Made by a program: the position numbers and the translations under genes. From Nymphaea colorata (Eukaryota), in NCBI RefSeq assembly GCF_008831285.2, contig NC_045138.2:30752001-30816000 (forward strand): DNA of 64,000 nt. Direction: 5' to 3'. The notes below the pieces were generated by a model. That model was not told where the DNA came from. It ran no database searches and saw nothing but the letters and a program-made list of their open reading frames with translations. Shown piece after piece: positions 1-12,788 of the stretch (its first letter is position 1; each line of letters starts with the position of its first letter).

Positions 1-332
1 CGTGTTTATAGAGGTACAAATTTTGATTGTTGAACGAAATTTTAAGATGGTGATGATGTGAATGCGTCGACAGTCACACGGGTGCTGCGTTTTTGTGAGG
101 ATTCGCGAATCGGGTGCGGTCGTCAATCCTCGACGCGCGCCCGACTCGCATCAAACCGCACCATGGAATGTTGTTGTTGTTGTTGTTTTTTTTTTGTGTA
201 AAAATCGATTTAGGGCAGACATCGTGCCTTTCCCGCTGCTCTGTCTCCGACGTCTCCGCCGCTGCTTAATCTCCTCCACCGTCCTCTCCGTCTTCTACCT
301 CCACCGGCAGCATCCTCTCCGTCCGGCTTCCG

Positions 333-428
333 CTGCTCTCTCTCCTCCACCGGCGGCATCTGCTCTCTCTCCTCCACCAGCGGCATCTGCTCTCTCTCCT
401 CCACCAGCGGCCGCTGCTCTCTCTCTCT
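333..428. repeat. 27-bp tandem repeat (about 3.5 copies, CTGCTCTCTCTCCTCCACCRGCGGCAT)
   Basis: Directly visible; it produces the repeated SALSPPPAA in ORF 62..430 and VEEREQMP in ORF 210..473. Confidence 0.85.
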
Positions 429-1389
429 AAAATTAGGTTGCAATCTACAGACGATTACCCTTTTAAGTTTCACTTAGCTTTTTTTATTTTTCACTTAACT
501 TTAAGGAAGGAAGGTAGCTAGAGTGACGCTCTGTTTTTGTGTTTCCTGTGTGCGTAGATGGCTTTTGAGAGAGAGGGAGAGATAGAGAGCGGTTCGGAGA
601 TCAATTTTGCTATTTAACGTCTTAGCCAGCATTAATTGCAATCACACAGTGCCCTGTTAGATCTCTCTTTCTCTCGACAGCAAAGCCAATGTCAAATTAT
701 AACTTGTAAAGTACACAGCATGAATTGTACTTGTAACTTGTAGGGTTCTTGGATTGGAATATATGGAGTTAACTGTCCTCAATGGATAATAGCAACGGAG
801 GTCGGTCACTACCCTGTTTTTCCTATGTTATTTGTCCTGGTTTTCAGTATAAAAAACTAGCTGGCCTGCAGCTATGGTGTTTTCTGAAAGAATTATTGGT
901 GATGACATCTCGATCACGTGCAGGCTTGCAATGGCCACAGTTTAGTTTGTGTTCCTCTTTATGATACATTAGGTAATATTCTCTTTACATGATCAGAAAA
1001 ATGACTTTTCTTCTATAGTTATTAGATAAATCATTGGAGTCGGTGTTGGCTGAATCATTTGTCAGCAGCCTTATATATTGTGTGCTGTATAAACTAACAT
1101 GAAAAAAGGCATATGATTTTTATAAACTTGACAACTGTGATCATCATATATTTTATTTAAGGCACATCTGTTGAAGTTTGTCAGGTTTTGGAATTCAAGC
1201 ATGTAAAAGCGTTTCTATAGAAACAGCTCGAGAGTTGAAGACGTTGCATGATCATGCTGATGCAATCCACAACAACAAGAAAACAAGTATTATTATGACA
1301 AATACTGGCATGCCTCCTAAGGTTCTGACAGAAAAAGAAAGACTATAAAGACATGTATTGATTCTTATGGAAGAGCAGAATTAGATAAA

Positions 1390-2326
1390 ATGATTGCTAA
1401 GTTTTTCTATTCTAGCTGCATTCCTTTCAATGTAGTTAGAAATCCATATTGGAAGAAGTGTATTACTATGCTTGCAAACGGCAAATTATCAGGATATATA
1501 CCTCCCAGTTCAGAAAGGTTACAAACGTCACTTCTTACGGATGTAAAAAGCGAGGTTGAGCAAAGTTTAGAAAGAAAAAAGTTTAAATGGAACACGACCG
1601 GGGTATCAATTGTTTCTGGTGGGTGGACAGACATTCAAAGACGTCCACTAATTAATTTTATTGCCATTGCACGTAATGAACCAATATTTTTGAAGGCAGT
1701 TGATGCATCTGGAGAATATCAAGATGTTGAATATTTGAAGCAATTATTTATAGAAGCCATCAAGGAGGTTGGTCCTGATAAAGTGGTGCAGCTCATTACA
1801 GACAATGTTGCTGTATGCAAAAGTGCTGGACTTAGTTTAAGGTATGATTTCCCACATATTTTTTGGACCCCATGTGTTCCACATACTTTGAATTTAGCAC
1901 TGAAGGACATATGCAATCCTTCAAGTCAAGATGCAGATCCTAAGGGACATGAGCTATTCTCATGGATTCAAGAGATTGAAAAAGATGCAAGAAATATTAT
2001 AAATTTTATCGTCAATCACCAACATGCATTGTCTCTTTTTGCTAGTTATTCTGATTTGAGATTGTTAAAAGTTGCAGAGACACGATTTGCTTCAATAATT
2101 GTCATGTTGAAAAGAATTCAAAGAGTGCGGGATGCACTTATTCAAATGGTGGCTAGTAGAGAGTGGTGGAGCTTTTATCGGGTTGAAGATGAGGCTAAAA
2201 CTCAAATTATTAAAAACATTATTGCTGATGATAAATGGTGGGATAAAATTGCATATTTTTTGGATTTTTGAGCCAATTTGGTGCATGTTGAGAGCTGTTG
2301 ATAAAGTGAGCCTATGCTTCATAAAG
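1390..2326 (+). pseudogene. Decayed hAT-superfamily transposase fragment (DUF659-type region)
   Basis: ORF 1390..2271 has typical plant hAT motifs (IPFNVV, GVSIVSGGWTD with the usual D changed, VVQLITDN, IFWTPCVPHTLNLALKDI, ETRFAS). Coding similarity continues after frameshifts as EPIWCMLRAVDK..EPMLHK and ends at about 2326. No C-terminal dimerisation domain is present. Confidence 0.85.
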
Positions 2327-2475
2327 CAGTGTTGTACGTATCGTACGATACGGGGGCGTATCGTACGTACGATACGTATCGTATCGTTTAAGAAATACGA
2401 TACGATACACCCCCATATCGTAAATAGGGGTGTATAGTACTTTTATTGTACAATACATATGATTTGTATCGTACC
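2327..2475. mobile_element. Terminal segment of a non-autonomous DNA transposon with GTATCG/CGATAC subterminal repeats
   Basis: Starts CAGTGTTGTACG exactly where the transposase homology stops, followed by dense GTATCG/CGATAC motifs in both orientations. The right end is not resolved. Confidence 0.5.
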
Positions 2476-2877
2476 TGGGAAGTTCAATAATGGGGACCAA
2501 CGAGCTGTTCATTGTAAAACCTGACCAACAAAACCTTGAATCCAACAGTGTTTTCCTGCTGAAGTGTTTTCACATTAATTGTATAAATGAAAGCGAGAAT
2601 AATTTGGTTTCGCTTTCAACAAATTGGTACCCAGAAAGTCAGAGTGAAAATTATTTCTAAATCAAGGTTAGGAATGGAGTTGCTGTTGCTTACAGTTTAC
2701 ACCTTGAGTACAGCTTATGCATGGTAGGAGTTGTAGAGTTGTCATTTCTTTTTCTGAGAGAAGGTGAAAATGAATCTTTCTCCTCTTAACTTTGTCTTCT
2801 CTTTTCACGTTCCATATTGTGATTCTCTGTTACCTGTTGTGTTTTCAGCAAATTTTCTGGTAAAATTAGTCTCCAGT

Positions 2878-3402
2878 ATGCTGGTTGCATGCAGAAATCC
2901 CTCAGGAAAGACCTATTACCAAATTCTTTCAGTGAACGATGATGCAAGTTATGATGAAATAAGAACTAGCTATAGATCTTCGCTTCTGATTTTTCATCCA
3001 GATAAAATACATGGGAAATGTGGAATCGGTGATGATGAAGTACATGAAGATTTTGTCAAAATACAGAAGGCATGGGAAGTCCTCAGTGATTCTAAATTAC
3101 GTGCCCGTTATGACCATGAGCTGGAATGTGCTAGGCATGCTTCTGAGATTGCAGAAGATGTTGATTTGGAAGAAATGACGGCTGAAGATATTGATGAAAG
3201 AACAGAATTCTTTTATCCCTGCAGATGTGGAGATTGCTTTTCAGTAACATCTGAAGAACTTCAGGAAATGGGTCTTCTTTCTGACGTGGGGAAGGAGGAA
3301 GGAAAGCTGTTGGAGGATATCAAAGCAGACAGAGCTTCAGTTCTTCTTCATTGCGGCTCATGTTCTCTGAAAATCAAACTGATGGTCCGGTTGTGCCCAT
3401 AA
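2878..3402 (+). CDS. DPH4: DPH4 homolog (DnaJ domain plus CSL zinc finger; diphthamide biosynthesis), 174 aa, single coding exon
   Basis: J domain (TYYQILSV...YRSSLLIFHPDK...FVKIQKAWEVLSD..RARYD) followed by a CSL finger (YPCRCGD...CGSCSL). ATG at 2878 follows a pyrimidine tract and TTTTCAG acceptor at about 2848, so the GTG start in the ORF track is probably intronic. Confidence 0.88.
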   Translation: MLVACRNPSGKTYYQILSVNDDASYDEIRTSYRSSLLIFHPDKIHGKCGIGDDEVHEDFVKIQKAWEVLSDSKLRARYDHELECARHASEIAEDVDLEEMTAEDIDERTEFFYPCRCGDCFSVTSEELQEMGLLSDVGKEEGKLLEDIKADRASVLLHCGSCSLKIKLMVRLCP

Positions 3403-3639
3403 GATGTTGTATCTTGTTCAATTTTGTTAGCAGAGGTTTGTGTAGGCAGGAATTTTTTCTTCTCATTTCTTGTGAGGATTGTATCGGCATTGATGAGATA
3501 AAGCTTTTGTCTCTACGCTTCCAAATTACATGGAGTAATAATGATGCCATACGATCTTATGTTTTCATTGAGTATTCCTATTTGCTAACATCGAAACTGG
3601 AAATCGTCATTCTTTTATGCCCATGGTGCTGCTGTTCTT

Positions 3640-3880
3640 CTTTACACCCACCCCTGTGGGTCGGCCACAAGGAATTCACTCGAGGCGGACCTGGCTTGCT
3701 GGTTCAACTTGTCACGCCTACGTTCCTTCTCTAACAGCTTAAGGTGCAGAAGTGAAAGGCCTCGAACAGTAGAAGCCTTCGTCTTCATAAAGACAATAAG
3801 GTCTCGTCCTGCAAGAGGGGTCTAAACTTTGAACCCATGACCAACTGCTTACAGCACGGGCCTTCTGCAGTTGTCACTTT
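3640..3880 (-). mobile_element. Possible degenerate SINE
   Basis: Minus strand has a B-box-like GGTCATGGGTTCAAA near the 5' end and ends GGCCGACCCACAGGGGTGGG, resembling RTE-type SINE tails. No TSD resolved. Confidence 0.3.
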
Positions 3881-5313
3881 TTGCCTTCTAGCTGGATTCT
3901 AATATGGTTTCAAAACGGGCTATGTTTTGTGGTTGAAACTTGAAGTAAATTCATTTGGTAGTTTTACAGCCTTTTTTGGTGCTGTGGAATGTAATATTCT
4001 TCTTTCAAGAGCTAAAATTCATTCAGTCTTTTGTGTACTATCTGTGAAATTTGTTGGTGGTCTCCGAACGTGTGCTGGCCATAGTTCACTGGGAGTTGCA
4101 TCTAATAGGGAAGATCCATTAACCAGCCCGGTCCTTGGAGAGTGTTATTCAAAGGAACAAGAAAAATGTTATTAGTTGATGAGAGAGTCAAAGGAGTCAT
4201 CAAGGGGGTATTAGTTGATGAACAATAAAAATGTTTCAAGGCATATTCTTTTGGAAAATTTTATCTCCCCATTAAACTCATGCATCAAACACTTGAAAAA
4301 CAATCTTTTAAATGTTTTTCTTTTTAAAGCTCTTATAATTTTATTTTGTGCAAATTTTCAATATAGTGAGGAATTTCTCGGATATAATATGGCAAAGTTG
4401 TATATCTTGGAAAAAATTTAAAAAATTTTAAAAAATCTTAAAAATTGTATAAAAATAAATTTAAATTAGAAAACATGTCTTATTGTCGTTTTATACGGCT
4501 GACTCATTTTTTTTGGTATTTATTGTTTTTTTTTTCTATTAAGACGCGATATGAATAAACTTGTAAAAAACTTTTTTTTTTTTCTTTTCACCGTGCAGAT
4601 GCCCGAAGCTCAAATCTCCCAAAAACTCTCTTCTGCTGAATATGGCACCCATGCATTAAAAAAGGGTCCTTATGTTCTATAGATCAATGAATTTTTTAAA
4701 TTGAGAGGCGTCCAAAGACAACACTAGTAAAGGTTTAGGCAATATAATGACATAATTGTCTGTTAACCAAGATCATCAATATGGCATTCATCATACTCCA
4801 CTGTATTACTTGGGACTGAGAGTCGAAGCAAGTAGCTTATAGACAATAGTTTGAATCAGTTCAACTTCTACTCTGCTTATATATATCAATTTGGTTCAAG
4901 TTAATGCGCTGAGCATAAGCTAGCATGCTAGGAGTATTCAGATGCGCATGTGTTTTTCTTTCATTTTGTCTACTAATATATATATATATATACTTTTGTT
5001 ATTAAGGCAAGCTATGTCCTGTTTATTGTAGCAATTCATGTATTCATAAGGAAAAGATCAACCCAGAATTCATGACTGAGTTGTGTTCGTAGGATCCAGT
5101 GATTCTCAAATAGCTCCAACAGCCTCAAGCTCAAGCTTGACTTGAGTTTAATCTTGACTTTCTATATGGATTGCAAAAAATCATGAAACACGGTCGAATA
5201 AGTTATATTCGTAATGAAATACTTTAGCTACTCTTGGAGATTAATAAAATGGGTTTCAACGTGCTTCTGGTTCTGTTGGTTCTGCTGATTTTCAGAAACC
5301 CTAGCCTTATAAG

Positions 5314-5674
5314 TAGGGATGTCAATGGATTGGATTCAAATTGGATATGACCAAAGAAAAATTGTAACCAAATCTGAATCCAAAATCTGATTTAACAATT
5401 CATATCCATGTCCGAATTTTGAACTGCATCTGGCAAATTTTTAAAATGTAAGAATATTGGATATAAGATATTTATCAAAAACTATATTCGATTGGAATCC
5501 GAATCTGAATCCAGTCAGATATTTATGTATATAGAATTAGAATTCAGATGCATTTCTTAAATCTGAATCCTTATTTGATTTCTTAATTGGACATTAATTT
5601 TTTTTCTATATCCAATTTTTTCAAAGTGGTTCCGTTGAATATTTGATTCAAATCAGATATGTTGGCATAACCCA
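5314..5674. mobile_element. Degenerate hAT-like MITE
   Basis: Begins TAGGGATGTCAATGG, carries many ATCCGA/ATCTGA/GGATAT subterminal motifs, and ends in a degenerate right terminus (TTGGCATAACCCA). Confidence 0.5.
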
Positions 5675-8109
5675 ATATCGAACGCTCATGAACTATATGT
5701 TTCATGAGTAGAGATCAGTTTTCACAGTTTGAACAAAGAAAGAAGTATGGCTGCTTTTCAATATAGTCCATGAAGAAAGAAGGCATAACACGTTTCTTAT
5801 AAACCGTTTTGAAGGAAAGAATGATACTGTCATTTGAGAAAGTCTTCGATGATATTGACGAATGTTTTCAAAAAGAAGCATCTTATGAAATATAAAACTA
5901 ATCTTTATCAGTAGAAACGAAACAGATATATCCGTGCAACCAGGTTCGAATTTTCAGACCAGTGATGAATCTTTTTCTCAAGTTCATGTTAGACACGTCA
6001 AAATGACTGTTTCTCTGGTCAAAACTGAAAGATTGAGTAAACAATCCCAACAAGCAACTTAAAATCAGAAAGTATGAGTGAACTATTCCAACAAGCAATA
6101 GGCTGGTTATTGAAGACATTTGTCCTGCATGATACAAATCAAGGGGAATTGTCATCACTCATTCTGGAAAGTCTTTGGGACCATGGAAAATATTGGCTGT
6201 TAGTCTAAACTGGACTATCATGCCAATCCTTTTCCTCATGGAACACAATCCTCCACCAGCTAAGCAGGAGCGGAGTCAGATTTTTTTTTTCTTTTTTCAT
6301 CCGGCACTAAATATATATACAGTTTACCGATTTTCGATTGGCATTGGGGCAGTAGCCCAGGTCTCATGAGACTGCCCAATATGATTGGATCCAAGTTCAC
6401 TGAGGTTCAACAAGTAAATTCAAGTTTCATATGCCCCGCGAAGCCCCCACCTATCTCTGACCGTGCAGTTAAAGCCACTTTCTAACGACAAAGCCGTCGT
6501 GCTTCCTTTTGACTTGGAAAGTTAAGGGGGCAATTGTTTCATCAATTTCTATCAAAGATTGAGGCTGATTCATGAAATACTCGAATATCAAAATTTATTG
6601 ATTGGCCTTTCACCCTTAACCCCAATCCATCCCCATATTTTGTCACATGCTGGTTGGTCCTCCTCCAAGGCCTGTTAGAGTTCTCTTCAAACCCCTCATG
6701 GCAAGATCAATCAGTTTTGGGTCAAATAGGAAAGATTGAGTTGTTTGCAGGCAACAAATGTGCACACAAATGGAGATGGAGGCATTTTTGAAATTTCTTT
6801 ATAAAGTACATGGCATTTTAGACTTTTTCTTTTTTTAAATTCTTTATTACCCATATGAAAAGTTTTTTTTTGTATTTTAAATGGGGTCATTTTGGTCATT
6901 GCATGCCCTTGTTTATGAAAAAGTAGTGCACTCCCGCTTGGCAAATAGAAACCACTACCATCTGCATCCTGTGGAAAGCAGCAACACGTAATAGCTTACA
7001 TTGTTCTAGTGGCCGAGGCACATATAGGCTGGTGCGGGTAATTGCTCCCATACCAGCCCCCATAAACTTGAATATTTTTATATTGATACCTCGTTATCAG
7101 CCTCTTAAAAGTTTTTTGATGCATTACTAGTGTCTTTTAGCCAAAAATTTCTAGCTCCATTATTCTCTTGAAATATCATATATATTACCCGGGTAAAGTG
7201 AGTAAATTTACATTCAACAACAACCACGAGATACTATATATTACTACGAAGCCAGTAAATACGTGGTAAGCAAAAGGAAGGAAGGAAGGAAGAAGAAGAC
7301 CCATGGTTAACTTATTGAAGTGGATTCATCCATTCCTACCACATTTTATTTTCATTTACATGGCTATCTCTATTCTACCTGGCTATCTCCATTCTACCAT
7401 CCTTGACGACAACACCATGTGAAAGCTCAGAGCAATTGGGACATGCAACAATACAAGTCGAGAGATGGTAATTTTTAAAAAGACGTAACAAATTACAGCA
7501 AAGTATGTGTGTGTGTGTGGAGAGAGAGAGAGAGAGAGAGAAAGTTGGAAAAAACGAGACCACTTGGGTAAGCATACATTAAGTTAGTCATTTTCTTACT
7601 TAAATAGGGTTTTTTAATAGTAAAAAAATAAACATCTCTTATAAGATCGGGATTCCTTTTATAGTGTACAGATCAATTATTTTTACAAAAATAGCTTGAA
7701 ATAAAGCATGATTTATATTAAATTAGTGTTTATAAATACATTTAGAAGGTAAACATTTTTCTAAAACACTTTTTAACATGAATTTAAGAGGTCTAGCTTT
7801 TATCTCTTACCTAAATGGTCTGGCTTTTAATATATATAGCTACGAAATCCATAAGGTAGAGAAATGGTGATATTTTGAAAATTATTTAAAAGGAAATATC
7901 CTTTTTAGTCTTCTAACATTTTTTTGGTTTTCATTTTTGTCCTTATTTCTCCATCCATATTATTCAGAGGTGTTTTTGTCATTACCCATATTGATGTACA
8001 AAAATTTCATACACCAGTGTGACGTACATAACCTGCTTCAGTTTATCTGTAATCCATTGGAAAATATTTCACTCTAAAAAGCCATGAACATTGCCCCGTT
8101 AAGATTTTA

Positions 8110-8253
8110 AGGGGTAGTTTGGTAATAAGAGTAGTAACAAACTATTTCATGAATCTACCTCAAACACCATAAGATAGTGTTTTATGAATCTGCCTCAATC
8201 TTTATTAAAGATTTATGAAACAATTTATTATTGTTTTCATTGTCAAACAGTCC
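8110..8253. mobile_element. PIF/Harbinger (Tourist)-like MITE; related copies near 20754-20912 and 60960-61177
   Basis: Termini GGGGTAGTTTGGTAAT / ATTGTCAAACAGTCC; internal TTCATGAATCTRCCTCAA motifs recur in the other copies. Confidence 0.45.
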
Positions 8254-10559
8254 ATGAAGTGAAAGAACCAATGTTGAGTCTGACTTTCTACAAACGTGTG
8301 GTAGAATGACTTCAATATGCTACCAACTCAAATATTGCTTCTCATCTCCAAGGGAGTTTGGTGCAACGAACAGTGCTTGAGGGCTAGTGGGCGGCTGAGC
8401 TCTCATTGTATCATCTTTTTGTACTGTAAAAGAGATGACACCAATATGCGAGTTGAAACACAGCAAAGGCATCGCCTTGAGGCATCAAAAGTAAACTTAC
8501 TACCTTGAGGGTGGGGAGAAGGGTGACTGGGTGAGGGTGACTTTCACAAATTGCACTATGGTGTTTAAGCAAAGCTCTTATAAGTAGGGTCAGGCCCAAT
8601 AAGAAGCTCTAACTGCTAGTGACCTCGAGCCCAGCCTGATTACCCAATGCCCAAGTGAGGTTCGGCTTGATTAAAATAAAAATATATTTTTAATATAATT
8701 TAACATATAAATATAATTATATATATATATATATGTATAATATTATCTTGAGCTCAGTCAAAGCAGCCAGACACTTAAATTTAGTACCCAACTCTGTGTC
8801 CACTCTTTCTTCCTTATAAAGAATAAAGAAGACGTGCTCTTCCACTATTTATCTTTGATAAAAGCCGTTGTTGCAATTCTTTCGAGCCCTTCAATCAAAT
8901 TTCACCGATTGAATTCCTACCATATTCCAAAACAGACACCGTTTTCTTGGTAGACTTACATGATAAACCAAGATATCAGCTTTGACCATCGACAGATAGG
9001 ATCTCCTACCTGAACTCTACATTCAGGAATTTTTTTTGTCGCATAAGTCAAACTATAGTTTTAAAATATTAAAATAAAAAAAATTAATTTTATATATATA
9101 TTAAACTAAAAAAATTTTGAATTTACATATAATTTTTTAATGTTTTTGAAATCTAAAGGGGCCAATGCCCCTACCTAGCGTCGTAGAAAGGAAATTCGAA
9201 ATTCAAAAACTCTACAACGAAATCTGGAATACGCCAATGAAATTGAAATTCAGAAACAGAAACTGCAATTAACAATGCAGGTGAACAGAACGGGGATACA
9301 CCAATCTGTTGCTGTGCTCTGTCAAAAAATGCAATTAGACCGATTGATTATCAGTTTGCGTAGAAGAATGGGACGTTCTGTATCGTTGTGAGCAAGCCCA
9401 TCAAATAGCAGAAGAGAAAATTTCTTACAATCCATGGCGGATCGCAGTCTCTATACCATGATATCCCTCGTTTTAATAACTTTTCTTCTTTCCGTGGTCA
9501 ACTTGTAGATTAGCAGAACAGGGAGAAATTCTTCCAGGTCCAATAAAGCGTCGCTTTTGGCCTTTTCTTCATTTTGGCGGTCAAAATTATGGAGACCAAA
9601 AGCATTGAAGATGGCACAGAGTTCGAATTTATTCCTTGTCTAGGGACAACCGCTTCCTTTTTTCAAAAGATTTTGACTCTTTTTTGTTCACTTTACCTTT
9701 CACACTGCTCCCCAAATCTCACTTCGGCACCGATATCTTTCATGCTTCCTCCCATTCATTCTTTTCATTACTGATAAGTACTGTAGATTTCATTCTTTTA
9801 ATTACTGGTAACTACTGAAATTTTAAGCACCATTCAACAGGCACCAGCAGTAACTTTAGCTGCAGACTTACTGTATCTTTCGGGGATATAGGTCGATGAA
9901 GCGTCAAAGTTTTACCGTATTTTACTCCAATCCTTTTCCTGTAAGTCTTGAAATTGTACTACAGCCAAGTCGTATATTCAAAAAATATTTACTGTCACGG
10001 GCACTAGCAAAAGTACTCTCCCGAATCTTTTATGATAGCTACAAAAGCTCTTTTATACGGACCACTACAAGGAAACAGACATTTAGCAGAAGATCAACAA
10101 TACGATCTATATCCATGGCTGCCATTTTCTTTCAGGTTTCACCTTGTCTATTCGTGTGTCCGTAAGAGTGCAGAGGAACATGCTAATGGTGTGCATTTTG
10201 CTAGCGAAAATAATGCGTCTCTGTATGTTATCAGGTAAATACTTTTAGGAGAAAATAGAAATCCAAAACAGACCATGAACCAAAACAATTGGCACGAGAC
10301 CTCCATTGAAAAGTAAGATCAAGTCGCCTTACAGAATATTCAATAGCTTCGAGTTCCAATAGTTCAAAGAAATCCTCTGGATTCCCTTTCCAACGCATTA
10401 ATCTCCTAACGAATTTTCAGAAGTAAAAATTCGCATCCCCTGGTAATTTTTCCTCCATAAGATCATCGTTCAGCCACCGATTTAACACTAAAACAAACAC
10501 ATCTAAATCAAAGAGTTACAGGGCACAACACCAACCGAATCAGGTTGGAAGCCACCATT

Positions 10560-12095
10560 TCAGAGGGCCGCAACTTTTGGTACCACCACCGGAAATTGGT
10601 CGATCTCATCCATCCATGGATTCTTCTCCTTCGCCGGGTTTATGGTCCTCAAAGCCTTCCATACAGCACTGTTGCATTTGAACCCCGAACCAAATGCAAT
10701 CTGCCACATCCTGTCGCCCCTCTTCATCCTCCCCTTTGCCTCTGTATAAGCTAATTCGTACCACAAGGAGCTGCTGGAAGTGTTTCCGAACCTGTTCAAT
10801 GTCATCCTGGATGGCTCCATATGCCATTCCGACAAGTTCAAATTCTTCTCTAATTCATCAAGAACAGCTCTACCGCCAGCGTGAATGCAGAAATGCTCGA
10901 ATGCCAACTTGAAATCTGGAATGTAGGGCTTAACTTTCATCTTCAGTAGCTTCCTCCCCACCAATGTGGCAAAGAAGAGCAACTGTTCAGACATGGGCAG
11001 CACCAGAGGACCAAGTGTGGTAATGTTCGTCTTCAATGCATCACCTGCAACAGCCATTAGATCCTTTGACAAGGAGACGCCAATCTTGCCGTTTTCATCT
11101 TCTTCCTGGGTCACGCACCCGAAGCACTTGTCGTCTGCGCCCTTGTGAGTTCTAACCGTGTGGACCAAGCGGTACTTGGACCGCCACCGGTCGGAGCCTT
11201 TGTTGGAGAGAAGAATCGCCGCGCCTCCCATTCGGAAGAGGCAGTTCGAGACCAGCATTGATCTGTTGTTGCCGAAATACCAATTCAGAGTGATGTTCTC
11301 CATGCTCACAATCAGAGCGTAGGAGTTGGGATGTACTTGAAGGAGATCCTTTGCGAGATCAATGGAGATCAAGCCGGCGCTGCACCCCATTCCTCCAAGA
11401 TTATAGCTGATGATATTACCACGAAGCTTGTAGTGATTGACAATCATGGCGGAGAGCGAAGGGGTGGGGTTGAAGAGGCTGCAGTTCACGATTAGGATGC
11501 CAACATCCTTGGGCTTGATCTTAGTTTTCTCGAACAGCTTGTCCAGAGCGCCGAACATGACGGTCTCTGCTTCCTTTCTTGCTTCCGCCATTGACGGGTT
11601 GGGTGGTATGTTAAGAACGGCTTCTGGAAGGTAAGTGGTCTCACCAAGGCCTGATCTTTCGAGGATTCGCTGCTGGAACTCGAGGCTCTGGTCGGTGAAG
11701 GTGCCAATTTGCCGGGAACAATCCATGAACCGTTTGCGGGTGCACTTCCGAGCTTCATCCGGCTTGTAGCAAGAGAAATCAACCAGGTAGACGGATCGGG
11801 GACGAGTCAGAAAGTACAGAGTGGAAAGGAAGACAAGGAGGGTGGAGCAGAGGATGACGGAGATGAGGTTGTAGCGGAGATGGTTCCAGAGGACATGGAG
11901 GTCATGTAGGGAGAACGTCGACAGCTGGGCGGCAATGATGGCGATCAGAGGGAAGAGCAAGATGTACATTCCATGGGAGATGAGGTAGTGGTAGCCGAGT
12001 TTTACGTATTTGAGCTTCACGGATTGAAGGAAATCCGGCAGCTTCCGGGAGGAAGGGAGCCTTTCAGGCTGTGGGGAGGGCTTAGCTTCTGCCAT
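10560..12095 (-). CDS. KCS: 3-ketoacyl-CoA synthase (FAE1/KCS family, KCS11-like), 511 aa, intronless CDS
   Basis: Full ORF with [19 protein letters not shown], two N-terminal TM segments, the catalytic Cys in [38 protein letters not shown] and [15 protein letters not shown]. Confidence 0.96.
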   Translation of the reverse strand: MAEAKPSPQPERLPSSRKLPDFLQSVKLKYVKLGYHYLISHGMYILLFPLIAIIAAQLSTFSLHDLHVLWNHLRYNLISVILCSTLLVFLSTLYFLTRPRSVYLVDFSCYKPDEARKCTRKRFMDCSRQIGTFTDQSLEFQQRILERSGLGETTYLPEAVLNIPPNPSMAEARKEAETVMFGALDKLFEKTKIKPKDVGILIVNCSLFNPTPSLSAMIVNHYKLRGNIISYNLGGMGCSAGLISIDLAKDLLQVHPNSYALIVSMENITLNWYFGNNRSMLVSNCLFRMGGAAILLSNKGSDRWRSKYRLVHTVRTHKGADDKCFGCVTQEEDENGKIGVSLSKDLMAVAGDALKTNITTLGPLVLPMSEQLLFFATLVGRKLLKMKVKPYIPDFKLAFEHFCIHAGGRAVLDELEKNLNLSEWHMEPSRMTLNRFGNTSSSSLWYELAYTEAKGRMKRGDRMWQIAFGSGFKCNSAVWKALRTINPAKEKNPWMDEIDQFPVVVPKVAAL

Positions 12096-12125
12096 TGGGA
12101 TCTGGTCACCGCTCCAACGGGATTC

Positions 12126-12583
12126 CTGCAGAGTAGCAGGAACGACAGGGGAGCCTTTCTCCTTTGTTGTGAATTACTGCAAAAAGGAAACACAAAAAGT
12201 GAGTCGCCTCCTGTCTCGCACTATCTTTCTTCCAAAAAGTCATGCAGAAAAGCCTAAAAAAAAAGTGGGTACTAAATCTAGACAAGAGATCTGGTTTTAT
12301 GAACAAAAACAGGTTCTCTCTCAATAACAGAGACCATGCATGGTCATTCTTTAGGTGCTGATTTCAGAGAAATCGACAATGTCACGAGACACAAACAGAA
12401 ACATAAGAAGAAGAAACATAACACAGAAAGGGGATATACTAGCTGTCCTTTGAAGAATACCCCCCTAAGAGGGTCCAGGAAATGAAGGGTCGTCTCCTTC
12501 AAAACGGGAACACAAACAACAAAAACAAAGACAAAAGTTTTCCTTTTTTAAATAGAAAAAAATGCAGAAGCAAAAGGCCTGAC
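12126..12583 (-). other. Probable 5'UTR intron of the KCS gene
   Basis: Minus-strand donor AAG|GTCAGG at 12583, T-rich body, and acceptor CTGCAG| at 12126, 30 nt upstream of the ATG. Confidence 0.55.
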
Positions 12584-12780
12584 CTTTTAACAACAATAGG
12601 AGAAGGCAAAGCGAGACGCAGATCCCGTTGGCCGGAAATATGGCCGGGGAAAACGGTCAGTAGTCTCCGGCAGGGGGAAAGAGAAGGAAAAAGGAGGGGA
12701 TAGAGGAAAGAGGAGGAGGAGATGAGGAGGTGGGCGTCAAAGCAGGACTGGTCTTGGTTGGTGTTCTTCCATTTCTTATG

Positions 12781-12788
12781 TATTTATA
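12781..12788 (-). promoter_or_regulatory. TATA box of the KCS gene (TATAAATA)
   Basis: Minus-strand CTTATAAATA between CT-rich tracts, about 200 nt upstream of the putative 5'UTR donor. Confidence 0.55.

Noticed and set aside
62..473. ORFs with repeated SALSPPPAA / VEEREQMP
   Set aside because: They are translations of a 27-bp tandem repeat with no other coding evidence.
2764..2877. N-terminal extension of DPH4 in the ORF track
   Set aside because: It starts at GTG and runs through a pyrimidine tract and splice acceptor, so it is most likely intron/UTR.
10545..11909. Several short ORFs overlapping KCS
   Set aside because: Shadow or antisense frames of a GC-rich coding region.
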